From Nitrospirota bacterium (GTDB taxonomy: Bacteria > Nitrospirota > UBA9217), in contig CAVVUN010000003.1 of assembly GCA_963751455.1 (NCBI GenBank), positions 32,001-96,000 of the forward strand: 64,000 nucleotides of DNA, in the 5' to 3' direction. Every line of letters starts with the position of its first letter. Positions within the stretch are counted from its first letter, which is position 1. Positions 18,720 through 28,878 of this stretch are shown in pieces. The position numbers were made by a program, and so were the translations under genes. Under the pieces are notes generated by a model. It saw nothing but the letters and a program-made list of their open reading frames with translations, did no database searches and was not told the DNA's origin.

Positions 18720-19827
18720 TTAACGGTCCCATAATAGAAACAACATTAAACCGCGTACTTGGTTGTTTCGTTATTGAAGTAAGCCCGCACACGGTCGGGT
18801 GATTTCTGGATAAATCGCAGGTGGCTTATTACCGCCCCATGCATTTGATCGCGCGAGGTAATAACCTGTTGGCCGATTGCGTTATTCTTCAGATCGTTCC
18901 AGACCCGCTCGTCGGGGTTCAACTCAGGTGAATAGGGCGGTAGAAAAAACAGTCGAAAGCGCTTCTTAATGGATTCAACAAATTTCGAAACCTTTTTGGC
19001 CTTATGGGCAGGATGCCCATCGACAATCAGAAAAATCATTCGATCAGTGCCATGAATCAATCGTTTGATAAACTCAATAAATTGCTGCGCTCCTACCCGC
19101 CCCTTGACGACCATGAAGCGGAATTCTCCTTGTGCGCTTACCGCCGAGATCATATTCAGACTAAAGCGCGCTCCTGTGCTGCTCACAACGGGAGTCTTGC
19201 CTTTTACTGCCCAGGTGGTGCCTGCATGATGATCAGAGCGAACACCAGCTTCATCTCCAAAGAATATTTGCGCCTTTTCTTTGCGTGCAAGGCTGCGAAT
19301 CTTCGGATATTCTTTCTCCAGCCAGCGCTGAACTTCCTCCGGTTTTTGCTGATAGGCCCGCCAGACAGGACGCTGCGGCGTCAGTCCCAGTTGCGCCAAC
19401 AAGCGGCACACAGAAGACTTGCTCAATCGCACACCGAATCTCTGATAGATTATCTGGCCGATCATCTTTGCCGTCCACAAGGCGTAGGTAAACTTCATCT
19501 GAAGAGGGTTCTTCATCGTCACGGTGCGATAGATCCATTGCATGGCTTTAGCGTCCAATTTCGTAGGGCGTCCGCCGCGCTTGCTTGCGTCCAGAGCGCC
19601 CCAGCCGCCGTTGCGGTATCGAGACAGCCATCCATAGATGGTTACCCGGTGAATACTCAGTGCTTTGGCTACAAGCTCAGGGCTTTGACCTTCCTGCACA
19701 CTGGCTACCGCACGTTTTCTCAGTTCTGTCAGAGTCTTGTGATCAAGTCGTCTCGCATCTGTCTTTTTCATGCGAAACAGCATAGCATAAGTGCGTAATT
19801 ATGTAAACACTATTTTGAGACAGTTAA
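18720..19827 (-). mobile_element. IS630-family insertion sequence with TA target duplication
   Basis: Imperfect TIRs TTAACGGTCCCATAATAG / TTAACTGTCTCAAAATAG; TA at 18718-19 and 19828-29. Confidence 0.92.
18746..19783 (-). CDS. IS630 transposase
   Basis: N-terminal HTH, FFGDEAG, IVDGHPAH, LPPYSPELNPDE (DDE). Confidence 0.95.
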   Translation of the reverse strand: MLFRMKKTDARRLDHKTLTELRKRAVASVQEGQSPELVAKALSIHRVTIYGWLSRYRNGGWGALDASKRGGRPTKLDAKAMQWIYRTVTMKNPLQMKFTYALWTAKMIGQIIYQRFGVRLSKSSVCRLLAQLGLTPQRPVWRAYQQKPEEVQRWLEKEYPKIRSLARKEKAQIFFGDEAGVRSDHHAGTTWAVKGKTPVVSSTGARFSLNMISAVSAQGEFRFMVVKGRVGAQQFIEFIKRLIHGTDRMIFLIVDGHPAHKAKKVSKFVESIKKRFRLFFLPPYSPELNPDERVWNDLKNNAIGQQVITSRDQMHGAVISHLRFIQKSPDRVRAYFNNETTKYAV

Positions 19828-19992
19828 TAAGTCGGAATTCCTGCGGATCCCTTATGACATTGAGAGAATTGCTGAGCGGATCATGGCAAGCGGACTGCCG
19901 GCGCAACTGGCAGAGAACTTAAGGACAGGGACGTAGAGGTGATTGGCTTTCACCTTCAATTGTTCGCTTCGCTATGAAGATCTATTATTAAT

Positions 19993-20370
19993 TTACTTCT
20001 CTTCCAGCACGGACAAAATATTGCCGGCCGGATCTTTAAACCATGCTATCTTCGGCCCCTGACCGCGGAAAATACCTTTTTCGTCCGTCTTCAGGTCGGG
20101 TAAATTATATTGTTCAAACCGCACACCCCTCTTTTTCAGCTCCTCTACGGCTTTTTCAACATTATCCACAGGAAAATTGAGTATGGTAAATGTTGCCGGG
20201 GTATGGTTCGGCTTGGGATATATCAGTATCCTCGTGCCGCCCGCAATATTCAGGAATAACAGATCATGCATTTCGGAAACTTCCAGCCCCAGTGTCCTGC
20301 TGTAAAATTCTTTTGCTTTTTGAATGTCGTTTACAGAAAAACCGCTGAATGCTTTCGTGTTTTTGAACAT
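19993..20370 (-). CDS. VOC/glyoxalase family protein
   Basis: [25 protein letters not shown]. Confidence 0.9.
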   Translation of the reverse strand: MFKNTKAFSGFSVNDIQKAKEFYSRTLGLEVSEMHDLLFLNIAGGTRILIYPKPNHTPATFTILNFPVDNVEKAVEELKKRGVRFEQYNLPDLKTDEKGIFRGQGPKIAWFKDPAGNILSVLEEK

Positions 20371-20588
20371 TGGACGCTCCTTTAATTAAATTTCAGCAAC
20401 GTTATCGGCACGGCTGCATGGATTGATGCTCGCCGAAATACCTCTTCGGCTCAGTTATCAAACCATAACCCGGACAAGCCGGGAACCAAAGCGTGAACCG
20501 CGAGGGGCGCAAAGGTCGCGAGGAAGGCTAGAACCAATTCAGGTTTTAGATCGAGATTAAAGGTTTCCTTCGCGTTCACTGTCCACTA

Positions 20589-20727
20589 CCCCCTCGCCCT
20601 CAGGAAGAGGGACCGGGGCTTGCACCCAGCGCTTATGAGGCCCTTGATTCCCATCTCGTGGTTCTCAATGAGATGGTACAACAATGAGTCTATGTTTTAT
20701 GCAACGCGCGAATGCAGGGTGTGAGGG
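20589..20727. repeat. CCCCTC...GAGGG...GGGGTGAGGG-type REP interrupted by family A element copy 3 (20619-20721)
   Basis: ccccctcgccctcaggaagagggaccgggg[insert]tgaggg; uninterrupted relative at 57775-57808. Confidence 0.65.
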
Positions 20728-20758
20728 AGATTTATTTTTGCCTGCACCCAGCGTTTAC

Positions 20759-21241
20759 CTACTGCCCGGGTCGAACGAGAAGCCGGAATATCAGGCCATG
20801 CAGGATAAGCAGGGGCGGCACGAGCGCTGTCGGAATGAAGAACGCCGCGCCGAGCATCCTGGGGTCAAGCCCGACTCCGAACGCCTGGTAAAACGCAAGT
20901 AAAAGGTCCATGAAGCCCCACAGGTTGAACAGCCAGACGAGCATCACGGCCGAGGACGAACGCCGGGAAAGGGCTATTGCGGCCGCTACTGCGAGTATGG
21001 CTGAAACCAGATCGCCGTACGCCGCAGGAGCAGCGAAGGCGGATGGCAGCGCGGGAGAAACAACCCCGGGCATGAGAAAGCTGAGTCCAACGAACCGAAA
21101 CGTGTGGGGCACCACCAGGCGAAGCAGCGCGTCATCCCGCCTCAGTACCCGAAGACGGGGCCAGATGTAGAGTTTCGTGACCAGGCCGAAGGCCACAAAG
21201 CTCATGAGGATGCTCAGTCCAAATATTGCTTGAATATCCAC
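20759..21241 (-). CDS. Hypothetical membrane protein
   Basis: Several TM segments, PHTFRFVG and AYGDL motifs, RBS AGGAG. Confidence 0.75.
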   Translation of the reverse strand: MDIQAIFGLSILMSFVAFGLVTKLYIWPRLRVLRRDDALLRLVVPHTFRFVGLSFLMPGVVSPALPSAFAAPAAYGDLVSAILAVAAAIALSRRSSSAVMLVWLFNLWGFMDLLLAFYQAFGVGLDPRMLGAAFFIPTALVPPLLILHGLIFRLLVRPGQ

Positions 21242-21482
21242 GTCTCCTCTTACGGCAGAGCTTCACGCATGAAGCCGCTCGGATAATTCTAAAAAACGAT
21301 ATCCGCGGATTGAAATGCATAATGCGATTATCTATTGATAACTATATGGCTGCATCAGAAAGGTGTCAACGATATGAATGCGCTTTGAAGGGAAGACAAT
21401 AATAAATAAAAACTTTGGTAGGAGCGGGGCTGTAGCCGCCATTCATCTGGAAATGTGAATCGCACGGAAAGCAAACATGCTT

Positions 21483-21950
21483 TTATTTTGCTGTCTCTAA
21501 CCTTTTATCAAACATGAAATTGTCAATTGTGTGAATCTTGACGTGTTTAATTTCCGGATGCAGCGGGTTAATCAGGACGTTAAATTCATCCGGCATGACA
21601 GCGGAAGGGACTCGCAGCAACAGACTCTTTTTATCCGTCGCCCATTGAGTGCCGATAGCAGCCAGCTTGAATGAAGGTGGATAGCGGCGCCAATTTTTGG
21701 GCAGGTCGGCAATATCGATTACTCTGGGAACAATCGACTTCGGGATTGAGATAGAAACGATCTTCCTCGAAAGCAGAAACTCGGCATTAGTCATATGGAC
21801 CAGTGCTTCAAGAGCTGCCAACGACCGGCTTTCCGCCGTATAAATGATCGGAGTCCCCTTATAGTTCCACCTGCCGCCGGCAAGTCTGGCTCCCTCTCCC
21901 GAGAGATCCTTTGCATATTTAACACGCGATACTCTATAGAGCATCATCAT
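21483..21950 (-). CDS. RES-domain toxin (NAD+ phosphorylase family)
   Basis: GGRWN, SLAALEALVH, VPSAV, NVLINP. Confidence 0.9.
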   Translation of the reverse strand: MMMLYRVSRVKYAKDLSGEGARLAGGRWNYKGTPIIYTAESRSLAALEALVHMTNAEFLLSRKIVSISIPKSIVPRVIDIADLPKNWRRYPPSFKLAAIGTQWATDKKSLLLRVPSAVMPDEFNVLINPLHPEIKHVKIHTIDNFMFDKRLETAK

Positions 21951-22399
21951 GCAAATATACCATGATCAATACGAGTAAGTTCATCCATGACGAGTTGAGT
22001 TCCTGTTTGCAAATTGACGAGTTCTCTCGGGGCTTTCCCGCCGAATGCCGTATTGGGCGTGCTAAACCAGCGCTGAAAATTCTCGCGCGATTCGAATACT
22101 TCAGCCCCCCTTACCATTAATCGTGCCAACTGAATAATATGCTCTGAGACCGAGGGATCGAATCTTTGTGAGTTCTTATATCTCTGAATCGTACGCAAAG
22201 TTATGGGGAGCATCGATGCAAGTTTATCAGGACCAAAACCGAAACAAACACCCAAAGAGACGAGAGCTGCCTTTGTAACTCCTTTCCGGCTCATTTCTAT
22301 CACATCCATTTCAGAGTCCAGATCTCTATCAAAAAGTTTTGAAAAAATCTCTGAAGGCTCTACTGAACAAACCTTTTTCAATACTTTAGCTGTCGGCAT
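21947..22399 (-). CDS. Xre/MbcA/ParS-type antitoxin
   Basis: HTH RTIQRY, WFSTPNTAFGGKAP, RIDHGIFA; stop overlaps RES start. Confidence 0.9.
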   Translation of the reverse strand: MPTAKVLKKVCSVEPSEIFSKLFDRDLDSEMDVIEMSRKGVTKAALVSLGVCFGFGPDKLASMLPITLRTIQRYKNSQRFDPSVSEHIIQLARLMVRGAEVFESRENFQRWFSTPNTAFGGKAPRELVNLQTGTQLVMDELTRIDHGIFA

Positions 22400-22818
22400 A
22401 TATATCTCCTTCCTGCCTAGCGACATCTGTCATTATATTAACGAATATTGTCGTAATTGTCAATAAGATTGGAAAGCCGCAAAGATCTCTAAGAGACAAT
22501 TTCCAGGCCGCTTACTATAAATACATTCTTAACATGGCTGCTGCGAAGATTCGACATGAAAGATTTGATTAAGTGAGGGTTTGCATATAGTGCTCTTTTT
22601 TTCTTTTAATAATTATAGCGTGGGTGGAGCGAGGCGGTGAGATAAATAGCACTGAGTGTTGCTTTTAACAAATAAGATCTGATTCAACGCCCAAACTCTT
22701 CCAGCGTGATTTCGAGGAAAAGACCAACAGTATGGACCTGACCCCAAGAAGTTTCCTGCGGGAAGTTGTTATTTGTCAAGAATCGAGAAGTGATAATCAT
22801 AGTCCCTATTCAAAGGCA

Positions 22819-23988
22819 CTACAGTTCTTTCAGACGCACTCCGTTCACGGCTCGTATCTGCTTGCCGATAGAAAACTCTTCTTTGACTCGCGAAATCACG
22901 AGTCCCTTGATTACTGCGTCATCCCCATAATAGCTCCGCAACGCATGAAATCCCTTCTGCGCGTCGGCCCCCGGAGCACCCGTCAATTTCGCTTCAAGCG
23001 CGATGAACCTTCCGCCCTTCTCGACGAGGAAGTCGACCTCCTGACCGTCGTTCGTGCGCCAATAATAGAGAGGCGGATTCGTCAGTCCTTGCGCAAGAAG
23101 GGTCCGGTATATCTGATTGAATGCATAGGTTTCCCAGAGCGCCCCCGCCAAATGGGACTTTTCGATCTCCTGCCACGAGAACAGTCCCGTAAGGTGCGCG
23201 GCAAGCCCGGTATCGAGGAAGTATATCTTGGGTGACTTGACGAGACGTTTGCCGATGCTCCGATGATAAGGTTCGAGCAGGAAGACGATATGAGACGCCT
23301 CCAGCACGGAAACCCAAGCCTTGATCGTATTCGGAGCGACGCCGACATCGCGGGCGAGGTCCGAGAGCGAAAGCGTTTGAGCGGTTCTGGCCGCTATTGC
23401 CCGTAAGAAGCGGTTAAAATCGCGAAGATTGCCTACGCGCAGTATATTTCTCACATCCCGCTCCAGATAGGTTGCCACGTAGGACGGGTACCAGGTCATG
23501 GGATTGATGGAATCACCTGCGTAAAGCGCCGGGAATCCGCCCTTGGCGATATACTCCTCGACTGAAGGCATGCGCCGCGAATCCGCCAATTCCTGAGCAG
23601 ACAGCGATTGAAGGCTGACAATGCCGCACCGACCTGCAAGGCTTTCGGTGAGATTGTGCATCAAATTAAAGCTCTGGGAGCCGGTTATGAAATACTGTCC
23701 CTTCTTCTTTGTTTTATCCACGATCAGCTTGATGTGGCGAAACAGGCCCGGGGCATACTGTGCCTCGTCGATAATCGCGGGAGAGGGCAGTGAGTTAAGG
23801 AAGTCGGACGGAGAATTCTCGGCATCCGAAGCTTTGGCCGGATCGTCCAGGGTCACATAGGAATAGTCCCGGAAGAGATGGTTCAGGATGCTGGTCTTGC
23901 CGACCTGACGCGCGCCGGTAACGAATACGACAGGAAACAGGCGTGAAAAATCCCGAATCACGGTTTCCGCATTTCTTGTTATCCACAT
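22819..23988 (-). CDS. AAA+ ATPase with DUF4143 C-terminal domain
   Basis: GARQVGKT, IIDEAQ, TYLERDV, KSPKIYFLDTGL, EVDF...EAK. Confidence 0.9.
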   Translation of the reverse strand: MWITRNAETVIRDFSRLFPVVFVTGARQVGKTSILNHLFRDYSYVTLDDPAKASDAENSPSDFLNSLPSPAIIDEAQYAPGLFRHIKLIVDKTKKKGQYFITGSQSFNLMHNLTESLAGRCGIVSLQSLSAQELADSRRMPSVEEYIAKGGFPALYAGDSINPMTWYPSYVATYLERDVRNILRVGNLRDFNRFLRAIAARTAQTLSLSDLARDVGVAPNTIKAWVSVLEASHIVFLLEPYHRSIGKRLVKSPKIYFLDTGLAAHLTGLFSWQEIEKSHLAGALWETYAFNQIYRTLLAQGLTNPPLYYWRTNDGQEVDFLVEKGGRFIALEAKLTGAPGADAQKGFHALRSYYGDDAVIKGLVISRVKEEFSIGKQIRAVNGVRLKEL

Positions 23989-24238
23989 GCGGATATTATG
24001 CAATTGAATTGCAAAATTGTCAAGACCTTGCACTATCGAGAGCATGATCTATCGGGGATGCAAACAGGAAGCCGTGATTCGTTGACGTCGATAGTGAGCC
24101 CTTGCCGGCATATTGTCAACAGCAAAGATTCGACCCCTTATTTTTTCCGTGGAGGGGAAGATACAAAAGCAGCCTGAAACAGATCGGCCGGAAGGAGCGA
24201 TCCTTCCGGCCGTAGTATTCTTGTTCGTGTTCCCTCTC

Positions 24239-24697
24239 TTACGCGGCAATGTCCTCAGGGATCTCGGGTTCAACGAGCTTGGTAAGGAGCGTGAGCGAGT
24301 CCTCCCACCCGAGATAGCAGGCATCAACCGGAATCACGGCAGGAATGCCCTCCTGCACGATGTTCACTTCGGTTCCCACTGAGACCTTTTTGAGCTGCAC
24401 CGTAGTCCGCATCTCACCTTCCAGACCCGGATCGTCGAACTTGTCCGTGTAAACCAGTCGCTCGTTCGGGACCAGTTCGATGAACTCGCCATGGAACGAA
24501 TGGCTCTTGCCTGTCGTAAAGTTGGTGAACGACATGCGGTAGGTCCCTCCCTTCTTCGGTTCCAGCTGGTGGACCTTTCCCGTGAATCCGTCCGGCGGCA
24601 GCCATTTGGCCATGGCATCGGCATCGAGGAACGCGCGGTACACCCGCTCAGGCGCGGCGCGCAGCACGCGATGAAGTTTTACAGTACCTGTCTGCAT
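24239..24697 (-). CDS. SRPBCC/AHSA1 family protein
   Basis: APERVYRAF, WLPP, CYLGWEDSL. Confidence 0.9.
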   Translation of the reverse strand: MQTGTVKLHRVLRAAPERVYRAFLDADAMAKWLPPDGFTGKVHQLEPKKGGTYRMSFTNFTTGKSHSFHGEFIELVPNERLVYTDKFDDPGLEGEMRTTVQLKKVSVGTEVNIVQEGIPAVIPVDACYLGWEDSLTLLTKLVEPEIPEDIAA

Positions 24698-24816
24698 GGT
24701 ATTTTCCTCCTTCCCATAAGCTTCTACTACTATTTTACCTCTTTTTCAGGGAGAAGACGGCAGTGGGAGCGGTTGTATAATTGGATCAACAGAACGATCG
24801 AAAGGAGAACATCGCC

Positions 24817-25305
24817 ATGAAAAACATCACCCCATTCTTATGGTTCGATACCCAGGCCGAGGAAGCCGTAAAATTCTATGTCTCCCTGATCAAGAACTCA
24901 AAGGTCATTACGACCACCCGTTACACCGAGGAGTCCGCAGCCGCGACCGGCATGCCGGCGGGGTCCGTCATGACCGTCGATTTCCGGCTGAACGGGCAGG
25001 ATTTCATGGCCCTGAACGGCGGTCCGCAGTTCCCCTTCACGCCGGCCGTCTCATTCATGATCAAGTGCGATACCCAGGAAGAGATCGACCAACTCTGGGA
25101 GAAGCTGTCCGAAGGCGGGGAGAAGAGCGTGTGCGGCTGGTTGAAGGACAAGTACGGCGTCTCGTGGCAGGTTGCTCCCGCGATTCTGGATGAACTGATG
25201 AAAGACCAGGAGGGAGTGAAACGGGTCATGCGGGCAGTGCTCAAAATGACCAAGCTCGATATAAAGATGCTGCAGCAGGCCTACGATCGGCGCGAAGCAG
25301 CGTGA
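24817..25305 (+). CDS. VOC family (PhnB-like / 3-dmu-9 3-methyltransferase-like) protein
   Basis: ITPFLWFD, ALNGGP, CGWLKDKYGVSWQV. Confidence 0.9.
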   Translation: MKNITPFLWFDTQAEEAVKFYVSLIKNSKVITTTRYTEESAAATGMPAGSVMTVDFRLNGQDFMALNGGPQFPFTPAVSFMIKCDTQEEIDQLWEKLSEGGEKSVCGWLKDKYGVSWQVAPAILDELMKDQEGVKRVMRAVLKMTKLDIKMLQQAYDRREAA

Positions 25306-25393
25306 TGGCGCGGTGCGAAAACATTCTTCCCTCCCCTGCCCTTTCATGGTCTATAATTTTTCCAGGGGAACATAACGCAGGAAAGGAGACGCG

Positions 25394-25951
25394 ATGCGAA
25401 AACTGACCGTATTCAACCTGATGACGCTTGACGGCTATATTGCCGGAGAAGACGGCGACATTTCCTGGCATAACGTGGACCAGGAGTTCCAGGAGTTGGC
25501 CGACAAGGCAGCGAATTCAGGCAACACGCTGATCTTCGGCCGCGTCACCTATGAGCTGATGGCATCGTTCTGGCCCACCGAGGAGGCCCTCAAGACCGAT
25601 CCGCTGGTGGCGCAGGGCATGAACAAGGCGGAGAAGATCGTGTTCTCCCGGACCCTGGACAAGGTCGTGTGGAACAATACGCGGCTGGTAAAACAGGACC
25701 TGACCGGAGACATAGGGAAGCTGAAACAGCAGGAAGGCAAGGACCTGACCATCCTGGGCAGCGGCAGCATTGTCGCACAGCTCGCGCAGGAAGGCCTGAT
25801 CGATCGATACGAGATCCTGCTCAACCCCGTTGTTCTCGGCAAGGGAAAGACCATGTTCGAGGGCCTGAAGGGCAGGCTGAATTTGAAATTGACCGGCACC
25901 CGGACATTTGGCAACGGGAATGTGCTGCTGACCTATGAGCCTGCCGGCTGA
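25394..25951 (+). CDS. Dihydrofolate reductase-like (RibD C-terminal) protein
   Basis: TLDGY, FGRVTYE, GSGSI, PVVLGKGK. Confidence 0.9.
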   Translation: MRKLTVFNLMTLDGYIAGEDGDISWHNVDQEFQELADKAANSGNTLIFGRVTYELMASFWPTEEALKTDPLVAQGMNKAEKIVFSRTLDKVVWNNTRLVKQDLTGDIGKLKQQEGKDLTILGSGSIVAQLAQEGLIDRYEILLNPVVLGKGKTMFEGLKGRLNLKLTGTRTFGNGNVLLTYEPAG

Positions 25952-25974
25952 AGCGCGTAACAAGGAGACGGGAC

Positions 25975-26568
25975 ATGAGAAAGATAATTATTTCATCGAT
26001 GATCACATTGGATGGAGTAATGCAAGCACCCGGTGGGCCTAAGGAAGATACGTCAGGCGGTTTTAAATATGGCGGTTGGGTTGCATCGTATGGTGACGAA
26101 GTTTTTGGAAAGGCCATGGAAAAACAAATGAAACCTGCAGATCTTCTTTTGGGCAGAAAAACATTTGAGATCTTTGCCGGCTACTGGCCAGAGCATGAAA
26201 ATGGATGGCCGGGTATCAATGACGTCACAAAATACGTCATGTCCAGGACCATGAAAAAGTCAGATTGGAAAAACTCAGTTTTCCTCAAAAGCCTGGCAGA
26301 TATTAAAAAGCTCAAAAATTCAAAAGGTGCTGACATTCAAGTTTGGGGCAGCGGCAAGCTCATCCAGACACTACTCGAAAACGATCTAGTTGACGAACTC
26401 TGGCTCAAAATTTTCCCGTTGACTCTTGGTAAAGGAAAAAAGCTGTTTGACAAAGGCACGATTCCGGCAGCTTTTACATTAATAGAGGGTATTGTCACGC
26501 CAAGCGGAGTGATTATTGCGAATTACAAGCGAGCTGGAAAAGTCAAGACAGGGACTGTTGGAGCTTAA
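25975..26568 (+). CDS. Dihydrofolate reductase-like protein
   Basis: TLDGVMQAPGGP, LLGRKTFEIFA, PLTLGKGKKLF. Confidence 0.9.
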   Translation: MRKIIISSMITLDGVMQAPGGPKEDTSGGFKYGGWVASYGDEVFGKAMEKQMKPADLLLGRKTFEIFAGYWPEHENGWPGINDVTKYVMSRTMKKSDWKNSVFLKSLADIKKLKNSKGADIQVWGSGKLIQTLLENDLVDELWLKIFPLTLGKGKKLFDKGTIPAAFTLIEGIVTPSGVIIANYKRAGKVKTGTVGA

Positions 26569-26600
26569 GGAGTTGATCGCATCTTAATGGAAAGCACGCT

Positions 26601-27127
26601 GTGAACCAACGTCCTCCTGGTTGTCTCCAGGATGATTTGCATAATGGACGAAAATTTCGGGCTCTTCCGATCATGGACACCTTCACGAAAGAGTGTTTCT
26701 GGATCGAGGTAGACACATCGATCGGCGGAAAACGGGTGGCACAGGTTCTCACCCGCATATCAGCAGTTCATGGTCTACCTGAACAGATCCTTGTAAATAA
26801 CGGTCCCGAGTTCGTCAGCAACGCACTGGACGCCTGGGCGTATGCTCGCGGCATTAAGCTGCAATTCATCCGTCCAGGGAAGCCGGTCGATAACTGTTAC
26901 ATGGAAAGCTTCAACGGCAAGTTTCGCGATGAATGTCTCAACGAGAACTGGTTCATGAGTTTGGATCATGCTCGAAAAATCATCGAGAACTGGCGGATCG
27001 ATTACATGGAAGTCCGACCACACAGCGCTCTGGGAGATTTGGCTCCCGCTGAATTTAAGCTGCAAAAATTGTCAAAGATCGGTCAAAATCTCTAATTGCA
27101 TGTGGCACTACAAATGGGGGTAGCTCA
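26601..27127 (+). mobile_element. IS3-family remnant (integrase core plus right end)
   Basis: NGPEF with catalytic D replaced by N, IRPGKP, ESFNGKFRDECLN, RPHSAL; 5' part missing; end ...GGGGGTAGCTCA. Confidence 0.85.
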
Positions 27128-27417
27128 GGGATGATTGGCGGCAACGGCACGCCGGATAAACATAACGATTAGAGAGCAAGTTCGCTTCGAATGAGAACCG
27201 TCGATAAAAACCAGCATGGCCTATTGCGGGGCTTGGGGGCGAGCTACGTCCTAAAAAAAGTTCAGTCGTTATCGCATTGTTAGTTCAGTGAAACCAATTT
27301 GCACTTGACAGGGGGACTATAGGATGTCCCCTAAATATTCTGGATGATGAAGAAATTTCAAGAAGAAAGACCCTAATGGTTCCTCAAAATTGTTTACACA
27401 AATATACCTCGTTTCTT

Positions 27418-28878
27418 TCACTTCCACGAAGTCTTAATAGGTCGTACCCCGCCTCTGCGACCTATTTTGAATCCTACTCGGTAAATGTCAGGAATATTAA
27501 TCCGCTGGTCGGTTGTCGGATAAACCACACCCAAATCCTCAAGATCCATTAAAAGGGCGGTTATTCTCTTTCTATTATCAAATTCTAAGGAAAAACGGCG
27601 CGGCGGCAATTTATCTGATTTCATTAACGTCCCAGTAATGCCTTTCCATAGTGCTGCTAAAGTCGATATATCTAATGGAACCGTTTGGCCTTCTAGAGCA
27701 TTCAATAAGGGCGCTATCCATGGATAATCTTCATTCAATTCATCGACTCTTACTGCTGATGCTTTTGCGACACCATTTTTGATGCCTTCGTAATGTATTG
27801 GCACGACATGGTTAGAATACTTTATCGTTGTTTCCTCAGCAGCAGTTTTCATGGCTAGCAATAGACTACGGGGTGCTACATCCAAATTTCCATCGGCCAA
27901 GTGTACAGGAATCCATGAAAAGCAAAATCCTCTTTTCGGTCCAGTGCCCATCCATTTACCCGTTAAGACCTCAAGAGTTTGACGGATACTATTATCATTT
28001 GGATTTTCGACAAACAGTTTATCAACTTTTCTATATATCATCAGTTTATGAGTCGAACAAAACTTTCTAAATGACCGGCCAGCGTACTCATGATTCGAAA
28101 CCCATCGTATAACAATTAAAAACAGGTCTGCCGCTTGCCATTTGAGCTGGACGGCACTATGCTTTAGTTTTGAACTATCTTGAAACCGCCAAACTGTTTC
28201 ATCTTCTGCCATGTCCGGGCGAAGAAAAAGTTTCAGTCGAATTTGGCTAAAACTTCTAAGGTCCAATGATATTTCAAGAAGAGACTGAACCCAGAGACGT
28301 GCATCATCCCAGCTTTTTGAGAGCCTATCCAATGCATCAAAAATAATTAATATTGTCTTGTTTTCACGTTTCAGGCTTGCATCAAATTTAGAAATATTTT
28401 TTTCGAATGCGACGTCATTACCGCAGACCTTCACAATTTCAGGCCAGTCTGAAATACTTTTACCTGCTTGTTCATCGATATTTGCCAGATGTCGCGCAAT
28501 AACAGCTTTCCAAATTGCAGCACGTGAAAAACCAAGAGATAATAATTTCACTAATTCCGCTGGACTTGGATGGTGCGTACTTGAAAGATCAATACTGAAT
28601 CCGATTTTGACAATCGCATCTCCCAATTCCTTTGAACGCACTTGCTCAGCAACAAAACGTCTTGCTTGATTATTTCCGAGAACCGCAGTCCAAAAGCTTT
28701 TTCCTGCACCGCGAATACCTATTATTAATGTTGTATCTAAGGCTAACGCCTGCCAATGGGAAACAGGCACAACAATCCGGGATAACTCTGGCGGGTTTAA
28801 ACTTTCTTGCGCCTGGACGGATGGCAAGTCCGTCAGCGCCTGTCGCCATATCATTATTTCCTTCATGGTAGGTTCCAC
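27418..28878 (-). CDS. P-loop ATPase (STAND-like) with C-terminal winged-helix-like region
   Basis: GIRGAGKS Walker A, IIFDALD Walker B, KLFLRPD, NIPDIYRVGFKIGRRGG. Confidence 0.8.
   Translation of the reverse strand: MEPTMKEIMIWRQALTDLPSVQAQESLNPPELSRIVVPVSHWQALALDTTLIIGIRGAGKSFWTAVLGNNQARRFVAEQVRSKELGDAIVKIGFSIDLSSTHHPSPAELVKLLSLGFSRAAIWKAVIARHLANIDEQAGKSISDWPEIVKVCGNDVAFEKNISKFDASLKRENKTILIIFDALDRLSKSWDDARLWVQSLLEISLDLRSFSQIRLKLFLRPDMAEDETVWRFQDSSKLKHSAVQLKWQAADLFLIVIRWVSNHEYAGRSFRKFCSTHKLMIYRKVDKLFVENPNDNSIRQTLEVLTGKWMGTGPKRGFCFSWIPVHLADGNLDVAPRSLLLAMKTAAEETTIKYSNHVVPIHYEGIKNGVAKASAVRVDELNEDYPWIAPLLNALEGQTVPLDISTLAALWKGITGTLMKSDKLPPRRFSLEFDNRKRITALLMDLEDLGVVYPTTDQRINIPDIYRVGFKIGRRGGVRPIKTSWK

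Larger units (their letters stand above)
18110..19936 (+). pseudogene. YfcE-like metallophosphoesterase interrupted by IS630
   Basis: GDIHGN, LGD, GNYD, GHTH, NAGSVGKPKDGDPRA; removing the IS restores EGIKSEFLRIPYDIERIAERIMASGLPAQLAENLRTGT*. Confidence 0.9.
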
